A stretch of 51,862 nt of DNA, filler included, from Dirinaria sp. TL-2023a (lineage: Eukaryota): the NCBI GenBank assembly GCA_051941275.1. It is 3 parts of 3 records of this genome, joined end to end, with 100 filler letters (N's around TTAATTAATTAA, not from the genome) between each part and the next. Parts side by side here need not be neighbours in the genome. Positions count along the whole stretch, not along the records: positions 1 to 17,233 come from JAVEBF010000441.1; positions 17,334 to 34,552 come from JAVEBF010000442.1; 1 more part is not named here. One strand, written 5' to 3'. The notes below the pieces were generated by a model. It had not been told where the DNA came from and did not search any database. It saw only the letters and a list, made by a program, of their open reading frames with translations. How positions within the stretch are numbered: position 1 is the first letter of the stretch; the number at the start of each line of letters is the position of its first letter. Shown here piece by piece: positions 11,767 to 24,000 of this stretch. Made by a program: the position numbers and the translations under genes.

Positions 11767-14700
11767 ATGGCTACCTGTCACGGTCCGACTAGTCTTGCCT
11801 ACCGCTCTTTGAAGGTTTATGGTATCTCGAGCCCAGATAATTACCAAACAACCTTTGGCAATTACCCATTGAAGGTGGCCAGTGCCATAGCCAGGGTTAT
11901 CGGTCACTCGCGGCAATCGAGCGTTCCCATCTTACATCGATGCGACGGTCTCTTCCGCAGTGGCGAACTCACTCTCGTGCTTGGTCGGCCAGGAAGCGGA
12001 TGTTCGACGCTTTTGAAGACCTTAGCTGGCCGCACCAAAGACGTGTTTTTGGCTGATGACTCTTGGTTCAGCTACCAAGGTAAGCTAAAAATGAATCCTC
12101 GGTGTCCATAGTTAGGCTTATTGGCATCCGTTTTAGGCTTCGATAGAGATCTTATACATACAAAATTGCGAGGAGAATGTATTTACCAGGCCGAACTGGA
12201 TATTCACTTCCCAACACTAAGTGTTGGGAAAACCCTCGACCTGGCAGCCCAAGCGAGACACCCAACGCTTGGTGGGACCCTACATCCCCGTTCACAGGAT
12301 ATCCAAAGAAGACGGAACAGTGTAGCCTCGAATCTTCGGCTATTGCATGCAGCCGATACCAAAGCTGGCAATGACTCTCTACCAGGTATTAGTGGCGGAG
12401 AGCGCAAAAGATTGAGTATTGCCGAGGTGCTAATCAGCTCTCCCTCCTTACAATTTTGGGACAATAGCACACGTGGATTAGACAGTGTGAACGCCCTAGA
12501 GTTTGTCAGAACATTGAAGAGAGCGTCAAATAATCGAGGATCAGCAGCGGTACTTAGTCTGTACCAGGTGTCTCAGGAAATCTATAATGTATGTCCTCTC
12601 ACTGTAGCGAGATGGACGAAGAGCTTAATTTTTCCCGAGGCACAGACATTCGACCAAGTTGTGCTCTTATATGAAGGGTACCAAATCTACTTTGGGGCAG
12701 CGCGAACTGCAAGGGCTTATTTCGAGTCAATGGGTTTTGTGTGCAGAGAACGCATCTCAACGGGCGATTTCTTGACGTCATTGACAAATCCAGAGGAGCA
12801 AGTAGTGAAGCCAGGCTTTGAATCTAGCGTACCACGGACAGCCAGAGACTTCGTGCAAAGATGGGAAAAGAGTGTGGAGCGGTCCAAACTGTTGCACGAT
12901 ATTGAGGTGTACAATGACAAATACCCCTTCGAAAGAGCAGCACTAAGAAAAAATACGTTTTCTCGTAAGCCTAAAGAGCTCCCTGAATTGTTAGTGATAG
13001 ATATAAAACATTTCAGTGAACACTACTAAAGGCAAGTATAGGAGCCGTTACAGTCCCTACACCATCCCCTTGTTCCACCAAATCCGACTTTGTGTTCATC
13101 GAGGATTTTTGAGGTTGCGAAACGACCTTGCTCCTCCAGTCTCTGCTATTGTGGGGAACTGTATACTTGCAATCATTCTGGGCAGTGTTTTCTATGATCT
13201 CCCTGAGACTAGTGATAGTTTCTACAGCCGAGGCGCTTTGCTTTTTTTTGCCACTCTTCTCAACGCTTTCACTAGTGGCTTTGAAGTAAGTAGAATTGAA
13301 TGGTGGAAATGTTGTTAACTAACAATCTTCAAATAGCCTGGAATGCTGTGGGAGCAGCGACCAATTGTCAGAAAACATCAAGATTACGCTTTCTACCGTC
13401 CAGCAGCTGAGGCCATTGCCTCTATGATCTGCGACTTACCAAACAAAATCGTGAACTCGCTTATGTTTAATTTGCCATTGTATCTCCTGACAAATTTGCG
13501 CAGAACGACAGGTGCTTTCTTCACATATCTTTTATTTTCGTTCACGTGCTTGCTTACAATGTCAATGATCTTCAGGACCATCGGCTCTGTATCTCGCACA
13601 CTTGCTGGCTCGATGGCTCCTGCCGCTGTGCTCATGTTGCTTCTGATGATTTATGCTGGTTTTACACTTCCTATACCTTACATGCGTCCGTGGCTCCGAT
13701 GGTTCAATTTCATCAACCCTGTCGGCTACACCTTTGAAAGTTTAATGATTAACGAAGTATGAAGTCCTGTACCTAAAGTCGTCTGATGCGGCTGAATTTG
13801 ACATAGTTCCAAGGGAGGCATTTCTCCTGCTCTACGTTTGTTCCTCAAGGGCCTCAGTATTCTGAGTCAAGTTTTAGACACAGAGTATGTACCGTCCTCG
13901 GCGCCATTGCGGGTTCCGATCTAGTCAGCGGAACCTCATACATCAACTCCAGCTTTGAGTACCGTAGCAAGCATTTATGGAGGTAATATTACCACGGTAT
14001 CTTGAGTTTCCATCCATGAGTACTGATCTTGTGAAGGAATCTCGGTTTAATCATAGCAATTATGATGGTTTCTTGCTGGGCTCACGTTGCTGCTGCAGAG
14101 TTCATCCCCATGCATCCTTCGAAAGGAGAAGTGCTCTACTTTCGCCGTAGACACGTTCCGATATCGAAATCCAAGAAGGACGAAGAGAATCCAAATGACC
14201 AGAACAGCCCTACACGTTTCCTGGAGAAGGTCCGCAAGGTTTCAAAAATTGAAAGGATTCATTCCGCCGTGAAGAAGCCTTGCAGCGCAACATTTGCCTG
14301 GGATAGTCTCAATTATGAGATTAGGGTAAATGACGAGCCGAAGCGTCTTCTCAACGACCTTGAAGGATGGGTGAAGCCAGGAAGTATGACGGCACTCATG
14401 GTCAGTTGCATTTCTACCGCTTTGCGGGTTCTTAGTAACTAACGTTTTTTGAATCGAAGGGCGCATCTGGAGCTGGAAAGACCACACTTCTGAACGTGCT
14501 AGCCGATCGTACAACAACAGGAAACATATCTGGCCTCAAGCTCATAATGTCTTCACGTGAAATATTCGAGCAGCAGAGTAGCTATGCGCAACAAGAGGAT
14601 GTACATGTTCCTACCTCAACAGTTCGGGAAGCTCTTGAATTTAGTGCTCTTTTGAGGCAGCCAAAACAATACAAAACACTGGATCGTCTTCAGTATGTTG

Positions 14701-16456
14701 ACGAGGTCATTGCCATGTTAGACATGACGCCATTTGCTGATGCGGTAGTTGGCGAAATTGGCGAGGGTATTGTGTGGTCTTCCTGAATTTCTAGATGATT
14801 TGACTGATCTGGGTATTAAAGGTCTTAACGTGGAGCAGCGCAAACGACTTACAATCGGCGTTGAACTTGCTGCGAGATCCGATTTTCCTTTGATCTTGGA
14901 TGAGCCAACTTCTGGTCTTGATAGCGACACCGCATGGTCTATATGTGACCTGCTTCGAAAATTAGCAGATCAGGGTCAAGCTATCTTGTGCACAATTCAC
15001 CAGCCATCTGCAATCCTGTTCGAGATGTTCGACAGACTGCTCCTTCTGACCGATGGCGGAAAAGTGGCCTACTTCGGCGCTGTAGGCCCAGAATCCCGAA
15101 CGGTCACTCATTATTTTGAGCAGCACAGCAACAGGTTTTGTCCGACATCTTCTAATCCTGCTGAGTGGGTTCTACAAATCATACACAACCAGCACTCGGA
15201 CACTGAGATGGATTGGTCTCAAATCTGGAAGTTATCTAACGAAAGATGTTCTATCAAATCCCATATCAAAGAGATGGCCAACCTGGAACTTCTGTCCGGG
15301 AGGAGACAACCAACTAACCAGCAGAAGTATATGTCACCATCTACTAGCCAGCTTCAGCTGGTAACCAGTCGATTGTTTCAGCATTATTGGAGAACACCGT
15401 CATACTTGTACTCTAAAGCATCTTTGTGCATTGGCTCCGTACGTGCCAGCTTGTAGGGTGTATGTCAAGACTGTTTACTGATGATGTAGTTAGGCATTTT
15501 TGATCGGATCATCCTTCTGGATGTCACCAAATACCATCCAAGGGATCCAAAACCAAGTCTTCGCTGTATTTCTTCTCATGACGACGTTCACCAATCTCGA
15601 TCAACAAATCATACCTCAAATCACAGCTATGCGCAGAATCTACGAGATTCGCGAGCGGCCTTCTCGTACCTTCTCCTGGCCTGTCTTCATACTATCACAC
15701 ATCCTCGTCGAGATCCCGTGGCAAACACTTATGTCGGTTATGCTGTTTGTATGCTGGTACTATCCTATTGGAATGCATAAAGACCTACCCATAGCTACTG
15801 CGTCTGCGCGCTCTGCTCTAGTTTTCCTCGCTATATGGTCTTTCATGCTGTTTACGTCCTCGCTCTCTCTCGTCGTCGCCGTAGCCATCGAATCGGCACA
15901 GACAGCTGTCAATATTGCGCAACTGCTCTACTCCCTTTCCCTCATATTTTGCGGGTAAGCGATCCAACACTAACGGTTTTCATCGCGGCTAACAAGGTGT
16001 CTTCCAAGGGTCCTCGCCAGCCCTTCTACTTTGCCTCGGTTCTGGATCTTCATGTATCGAGTATCTCCTGTAACATATCTCGTCTCCACCCTCCTATCTG
16101 CCACCATTGGTAATAAAGCAGCCACTTGTTCCGCGATGGAGCTCCTTACTTTCGATCCTCCTTCTGGTACTACGTGTGCAACATATCTAGCTAGCTATCT
16201 AACGGCTACGCCCGGGGGCACGCTTTTTAATCCCGAGAGCAGCAGCCAATGTCAATACTGTATCGTGGCAGATACAGACACGGTGCTAACTCGATTCGGG
16301 ATTTCTTATGAACATAGATGGTGGCATTGGGGGATTAGTCTAACTTATAGCGTTTTTAATGTGATTCTGGCCCTATTTCTCTACTGGGCTCTGAGATTAC
16401 CGAAGATGGACAGACGAAAGAACGTGGAGCAGAAGAAATACATAGAATCTATCTAG
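11767..16456 (+). CDS. Full-size ABCG/PDR-family ABC transporter (NBD-TMD-NBD-TMD), multi-exon; true start uncertain
   Basis: NBD1: GRPGSGCSTLLK, ISGGERKR, WDNSTRGLD. NBD2: GASGAGKTT, LNVEQRKRLTIGVEL, LDEPTSGLD. PDR-type TMD motifs: WEQRPIV, YTFESLMINE, YEIRERPS, MYRVSPVTY. Confidence 0.93.
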
Positions 16457-17233
16457 AGATGACTATCACTTTAGAACTTACACGATATGTAGCGCAAGTC
16501 CAAATAACTACGAGAAGAGTATAGGAGTACAATTGAATATATACATATATTAAAATTGAAATTGTTAAACGAAAAGTTAAGATGGGCGAAAGTTACTTGT
16601 CTCGATCATCTTCACTGAAACGACGTGAGAACTGCAGTGATTATATGAAAGTGCGTCTGCTTTCTACCTAACTATCGTACTGTGGAAAGCCAGTCGTTGG
16701 CACACTGGGTATTGCAAAATACTGTGGTCTAGGACCTGACATTCTCAAGCACTGCGGCGCAGATCATCGCAGATCAATGAGTGACTTAAGCATGCCCACA
16801 GGCTAGGCGCTAGACCTAATCGGGCAGAAGCCTTCCCATACGGTCGCCGTGTAAATAACCAGACCTAGAGGTAAGGTAGCGCAGAATCCACTGAATGAAG
16901 CAATTCATTCACGTCTTAGGTCACAAGTTCCAACAAGATGTGCACATAATTGTTTAGTTTGCCTGGGTACCTAGTAGTATGAGAACCTCTCAGCGCCGTT
17001 GCCTCCAAATATTCCAATACGCTAAGGGCAGATGGCATGCGTACTCAGAGAGACCACCAAAGCAGAGCAGGATTCTCATTGCATGTCAATTGCATAGTGT
17101 GTGACAGGATACGACCGAGAAGAAGCTCAAAATCCCATGAGATAGCTATCACTGTGCATGATCCATGCACAATGGAGATGCAGATGTCATGCGAAGCAAG
17201 GCAAATATTCGAATTATAAATCAAGAATATTGG

Positions 17234-17333
17234 NNNNNNNNNNNNNNNNNNNNNNNNNNNNNNNNNNNNNNNNNNNNTTAATTAATTAANNNNNNNNNNN
17301 NNNNNNNNNNNNNNNNNNNNNNNNNNNNNNNNN
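17234..17333. other. Artificial contig linker: 44N-TTAATTAATTAA-44N
   Basis: Exactly 100 bp with a central 12-mer giving stop codons in all six frames. Identical to 34553-34652. Confidence 0.97.
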
Positions 17334-18074
17334 CCCTCCCCCGAAAAACCCATTTTGAGACCTAAAGTCTTTGATAGATCTGCTCCTGTAAACGCCAAGT
17401 AGTCAGAAAGTCAACTTGAAATATTTGTGATGAGATCTCCTGTCTCAGACATCATAGTAATGATTATTTTATACGCTCCGCAAATGCTCTGCTGTGGGGG
17501 AGTAGTATAAAAACTGCGCATAGTTCGGTCGTTGCTACTCGATACTTGTAAAGTGACAACAGAATATCGTGAGATGATTAGGTCCTCGATTTACAGTCAA
17601 CCTGAACGACGGTGTTTCGGCTTCACAAAGGTTAATGCGCACTGGATGGGACAAGTGACAGTGCTGGGAAGAGATGAAAGCTCGAAATTTTTCGTCTGGA
17701 ATCCAGACTTCGTAAGAACCTTGGAGGGATAAGAGGAGAGTTCAAATCGATGATATTGTAACCTTATATGGTATCTTTAAACAAGAGGGGGGGAAAACAA
17801 ATAAAAATGAAGAACAAATACTAAGAGAAGTAAGTGAGTATTCGAGGGAAGACGCGAGCGCGCCGAGAAATTTCCGTCGTCGCGTATCACTAACATTCAC
17901 GATTGTTAATGCGCACCTAGTCAACCTCTTGATGATAGAAATCTGATCGTACTCCTGGATATTAGTACGCAGAGCCGCACTAGTCAGGACTTTGCACGGA
18001 CCGTGCAATTCGATGCGAGAGACTGTCTATTATATTAAGTGCTTTCCGTCTGATCTATGACATCTATGCAGCCG

Positions 18075-21000
18075 CTACTTGCCTAAGTACTTGTCCTTGA
18101 GTCGCTTAACGGCTAATTCCCCAAGCTTTTGTATGCTTCCTCCACTCATCAACTCCAAGACCGAGATATCGATGCCCAGGTTCTGCCTCCACCAATTCCG
18201 TATTTCAATGGCGACCAACGAGTCGACTCCGGCAGAGGCAAGGGTAGAAGACAAGTCGATGTCCTCATCTGCTTTCATCAAGAATTTCGAGACACAGTTT
18301 CTCACCTCTTTTGCAATTTTGTCTGCGGATGATATCTGGTCGAATTTGCTCGGGTCGGAAATCATGTCAGAAAGCAGGTGCTTGACGTTATCCGCGGCTT
18401 GTACGACCTCTGTCTCGGATCTCTTCTGGATATTGCGATAAGTTGCCATACGGCGATCTCGCTTCCACATGCTAGCGTTTTGAGGGTCCATGATTGGTAC
18501 GCGCGATTCAAGTGCATGGACAATGTGGCTGGGATTGTAGCAACCGCTGAGTGAAGTGGCCTCCGTTTTAGATGCGTGCTGAGCTGATGAGCGGGAGATA
18601 GCGAGTTGTAAAGTATCGAGAAAATTTTGCTCCGTCAAGAGAGTCTCCGAAGTTGCAAGTAAGGTCTCCCTGGTAGATGGGTTGCGGCTAACATAACCAA
18701 CGTCATCAACCGGACCAATGGCCAGGACTGAAGCGGCTAGACCAAGGTTCTGTCGATACTGGACAAAAGAGTCAAGGAAAGTATTGGCAGAGGCGTAATT
18801 TGACTGTCCGTAATACCCAAACGTTCCACCGGCCGACGAAAAAAGGAGGAAGAAATCCATGTCTTTGAGAAGAGCCTTATGAAGATTCCAGGTGCCTTCA
18901 ATCTTAGGACGTGTCGCTGCGTTCCAGGAGCCGATGTCCATGCCAAGCACACCTACATCCCGCAGCACCATTGCCATCTGCATGACGCCGGCAATGGGTA
19001 AGACCGCTTGATCGATGGCACTCTTTACCTCACCGTAGTTTGTAACGTCGCAAGCAAAGCAAAGAGTTGAACAGCCCATCGCGTTGAGCTCCCTGAGAAA
19101 CACTTGGTCCTTTTCTGACTTCCCCGCAGATCTTGAAAGAAACATCAAATTCCTGGCGCCGTATGAAGCCATCCAGCCAGCAATGGCTTTCCCTAAGCCA
19201 CCCAAGCCACCAAAAAGGAGGTATGACACGTCATGCCTGAACGTAGGCTCTGGAACAGAAGGAGCCACCGGTATTGAATCGTCTTCGGGGAATTTAATGA
19301 CAATCTTTCCAGTGTGTGTGCCTTGTTGCATAAATCTGAACGCATCCTGAGCGTGTGCTGCGTCAAAATTTTTGACAGGGCTAATGGGTCTAAAGCTACC
19401 CTTTTCGGATTGCTCTAGCATGAGGTCCAGCAAGCGTGCCACATCTGTTTTATGAGTGACGAGGAGACGAGAGACTTCCCCCCCGATGAAAGTCCTGTTG
19501 TCTTCAAAAGGAGCCAGCGCGATTTGCCCTCTACCGACCATGTCCCGTTTCCCGATTTCCACCATGGCGCCATATGGAGCGACGCATTCCCAGGCAGCAT
19601 GGAGCAATTCTCCAGACAATGAATTGAGGACTAGGTCGACTCCTTTTCCATGAGTGACTCTCTTGATACTATTAAGGAAGCTACTGTCTCGGGAATTGAA
19701 GATCCTTTCTCTCGGAAGGCCAAATGCACTTATCAGGAAAGATGCCTTTTCTTCTGTTCCGACTGTGGCGTAGATCTCAGCACCAACCCAATGCGCAACG
19801 ATGATTGCACATATTCCAACTCCTAGTTGGGTCAGTAATAGAATAGTCTCGTGGAAAGAGGACCTACCTCCAGCAGCACTATGTATCAATACAGACTGGC
19901 CCTTTTCAAGCTTCCACTTCTTGACGAAAGACATTAGAACTGTTACGTAGACGACAGGCATCGTAGCCGCTTCTACATCGCTCAGACGATCTGGGATCTT
20001 GACACAGAGTATCGCGGGCCTCTGTATTACGGTAGCCATGCCAATAGATTCGCACCCGATCGTCATGACTCGGTCTCCAATCGCAACATTAGTGACTTCA
20101 GAGCCCGTACTTATTACAACTCCAGCGCCTTCGAGACCGAAAGGGCTGGTGCCTTTTTTGAGCGTCTCAGCGCCGTTAATGGTGCCCATTGCGTGCATGA
20201 CATCTTTAAAATTCAACCCAACAGCTGACATTCTAATAGTCACCTCGTCGCGTGCAGGTTTATCGATTTGCTGGCCGGTCCAATTTAATGACTGCAACAA
20301 GCCTGGGGTGCTAATCACTAATCCTTTAGCATCGGGGATTTTGGCAGTTTCACTTAGAGATCTCTTGGCAGGAATCCAGTGGAAACGACCAACGTGTAGA
20401 GTACCGCTAGTCAACGCGTATTCCATATCTGGTTCAAGCTCACAGTCGTCATCTCTCGAGGTCTGGATCTTCTGGATTACTTTCACGATAGCAGCAGCAG
20501 CGCCTTCATTTGGATGCTCAAGCTCCAAAGTAGCAAAGGACATTGCAAGTTCAGATCTGATAGTCCTGGCAATACCGAGTATTTGCGCGCAATGCGGATC
20601 TTGAGGGTTGATTTGAGCAGAAGGGCTTAGCCAAAGCACAGTAGACTGTTGCAACAAGTCAACCATCTTCAGAAATTGACCCAAGTCTTGCTCCTCCACA
20701 GTCTTGAGCAGAGGTTTGCATCCTAGATCGACGAACGAGATGAGATCTTGGTTTGCAGGAGGGTCTTGGCCCCATTGACAATGCTCTACTTCAACGTGCT
20801 GCTCACGGAGCAGGCTTTCAACTTCCATAGCTAGCGAAGGTATCTGATCGCCCCCAAGTAGCGTAACCCTCGACGGATGAAAAGCATCGTGAGCTGGCTT
20901 CGCAATGATGTTTGCATTGTACGTGTAAGGCTGCTCGTTGTCCAGAGTGACCGAGTCGCATCCTGCGAAGCCTGCAGCATGGAGTCTTTTGTCCCATTCC

Positions 21001-24000
21001 TCTGGTGTAATGAAGGGACAGCCAACTCGACCGTCCTCTTCACCGAGCCACCAACCGGAAAATTGGCCCTAGAAGTACTATCAGAAAGTTGATTGCTTGA
21101 ACGAGAAAGACGATGAGCTTGGGGACCATAGGGTTCATCAATGCTGAATTCCAATGAGTAGGATCCTGGGTCGAACATACCATTATGAAACTCATGGCAT
21201 TTGTCACTGTCTTCATTCAGCTCGATTACATAGACAGCAAGTGGATCGCCCTTACCAGGACATAATTCCTGCAGGAAAAGCTGACCTTTCGGCCGAAGTA
21301 AGGTTCGAACATTGGCCAAAGTATCCTGTAGAAACGGAGTCGCATGTAGAACCTGGCCCTTTGGTTAGAATACGAGGTACGAAGAGACAAAGCGTAACCA
21401 CTTACGTTTGACGCTATAATTAGATCATATTCACCTGCAGCAAAGCCTTGCTCCAAGGGATCCCTGGAAATATCGAGCGCTCTGTACTCGATCCCGTTAA
21501 AATTTTGAAATCGTTCTTTGGCTTGCATAAAAAAACCAGATGATACATCAGTAAAGGTATATTTCAAATACAGACGCTCTCCAAAGTCTGATTTTAGCAG
21601 TTCAAGAAACTTAGCTGTCATTCCCCCGGTTCCAGCGCCGATCTCAAGGATCTTCATCTGCGGTTCGGCGTGTCCCAGGAGCTGCACAAAATGGGCAAAT
21701 TCCCAGATATCGTTATACCAGTCATAGATCCCGTTGAGGACTCCATCTTGAAGCAAGAGGTCGAGATAATCTGCCCGTCCCTCGAATACATGTATAGCTT
21801 GATCATATGCTCGCCACATCGCAGTGGCCGGTGCCCAACCCCCCAAAGCTCGACACTGCTCGAGGACCTCTGGGATTAGAAGTTGACGCTCATGTTGACT
21901 GAGTTGAGTTAATGCACAGGACTCTTCAACCAACGGATATCCTTTTTGCTGAAAACGCTCATGCTGGTGATCTAGCCACGCTCTGAATTGTAATAAGTGA
22001 GGGTGTACCGGAGAAAGGCCATACAATGCGCTTCTGGCTTCAATGGCGCACAGAACGGAAAGTTTCTCGAGGTGTTTTATTTGCTCTCGGATATCATACT
22101 TCAACGTCATCAACTCCCCAGCTCTGAGGAAGTCAAAATGCGGCTTCCACTGAATCTGTAGAGTTCTGAGTTCCGAAGACTTCTGTATGCCTGGGTCCTC
22201 TACAGCCTTTCTTTTGAAACCTTTTAGCGAAAAGACCATCTCATTGTCCGAGATACCGTAAGAATACCCATCTACGGCGCTAGGTTTTCCAGTAGTAGAC
22301 GTCTGGAAGTGTATAGTCTTTCCCATTCCCTGACCGACGTACATTTCCTCCAAGAAAGTGGGCAGGAATAGTGTTTTGAAATCTCGGTAGATTCCCCGAC
22401 ACGTCGCTACTGTGAAGGATTGGAAGACGAGGTCAAGTGTAGAGGGATGAAGCATGTACGAGGACTCGGAAATGTCCTGCTTATCGACGATTGCAGCTTC
22501 AGCGACATTTTCACCAACGCTAGCCCTTATGTTGTTCATCCCAGTAAACCTAGGTCCGTATTTCAGACCGACTCTGGACATGGTTGTATACCAACGTGAG
22601 GAACAGACTTCTCGATCGGGGTTCTGGCTTACACTTGGCCAGGTCGAAGATGAACATCCGTGACGGACAAGTCCAGTGCAATGTCTACTCCAAGTCACGC
22701 CGTCAAAAGAGATAATTTGAAACTTATACCAATCACTGTCTAGCGTGCAAGTGAGTCTTTCTGGCTGAAGGGTAGTGACGATCTCGATTGGCCTTTCAAC
22801 TTCGAGAACCATGGCTTTGCTGAGTTCCACCTGGCGAACAGTGTAGTCTCGCACGTTGCTGATTTGGTAGATGGCCTCTCCTGCCATGGCAATATAGCCC
22901 GCTCCAGGGAACACGATGTCATTACCAATGCAATGATCTTGAAGCCAGGGAACATCAACCAGCCTTAATTCATTTCTCCACGTTGGTGAGATGTCGTTTC
23001 CTTCAAGGATGCGAAGACCAAGCAGATCGTGGGCACCATGTTTCCTGAATCTCCAATTTCTCATAATTCTGGTCTCAGACCAGTAGCTTCTTTCATAATG
23101 CCATGGATAAGTTGGAACATCACTGAGTACTTTTGCGTTTTCTCGGAAAGGGTAAAAGATTTGGACACCAAGGGAGTACAACTGACCAATGGCTTCTAGG
23201 AAAGACATACCATCATCTTTGCCACGTATGAGAGTCGGTACGTAATCCGTCGACATTGATGTCTCGCTATAAATCTGCCTCAAAGGGCCGCTGAGGGCTG
23301 GGTGGGGCCCAACTTCTAGGTGCACAGAGCGCTCTTTTGATCTCGTGAGCATCAGTCTTACAGCAGAGTGAAATAACACAGGACTCGCTAGATTATCTTG
23401 CCAGTACTGAGGGCCAAAGTCAGAAGCTCTCTGAAGGACCTTGGATTTCACGCTTGAGTAGAACGGAATCTTTGGAGATTGAGGTGACAGATGTTTCGCA
23501 ATCGACTTGCGATAAAGGTCGCCGACGAGAACCATATGCTCTGTAAGATTTAGATAAAGTAAATACTTGGGGGCGGCAATACTCACTTGAATGATAGGCT
23601 ATTTCGACTTGAATTCTCCGGACCAGGACATCGGGTCTTTGCGCCTTAGTGACGGACATGACATTTTCTAGGATATCCGTATCACCAGAAATCGTGACGC
23701 TAAATGCACTGTTTTCACAGCCTATTTGCACCCCGGGAACAAGATATCGAGCGACTTCTTCCTTGCCCATACCGACAGCAGCCATTCCTCCCTTTTTCTG
23801 TGGTATGGCGCAGACGTAACCACGGTAGTATGCTGCGATCATTGCCTCCTCTAGTCAAGACGCCAGCAGCGTACGATGCGGCAATTTCGCCGCTGGAATG
23901 GCCAATCACCGAAGACGGAGTTATGTGCCAAGTAGCTAAGAGGTTAATGAGCGCAATCTGTAATGCCGTGCAAACCGGCTGCGAATACTGTGCTTTAGCA

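Noticed and set aside
17278..17289. TTAATTAATTAA palindrome as a biological site (e.g. piggyBac TTAA target)
   Set aside because: It is centred in a fixed 100-bp N spacer and repeated identically, so it is a synthetic six-frame stop.
19999..20604. Long antisense ORFs overlapping the PKS and other genes
   Set aside because: Shadow ORFs of real coding sequence with no independent evidence.
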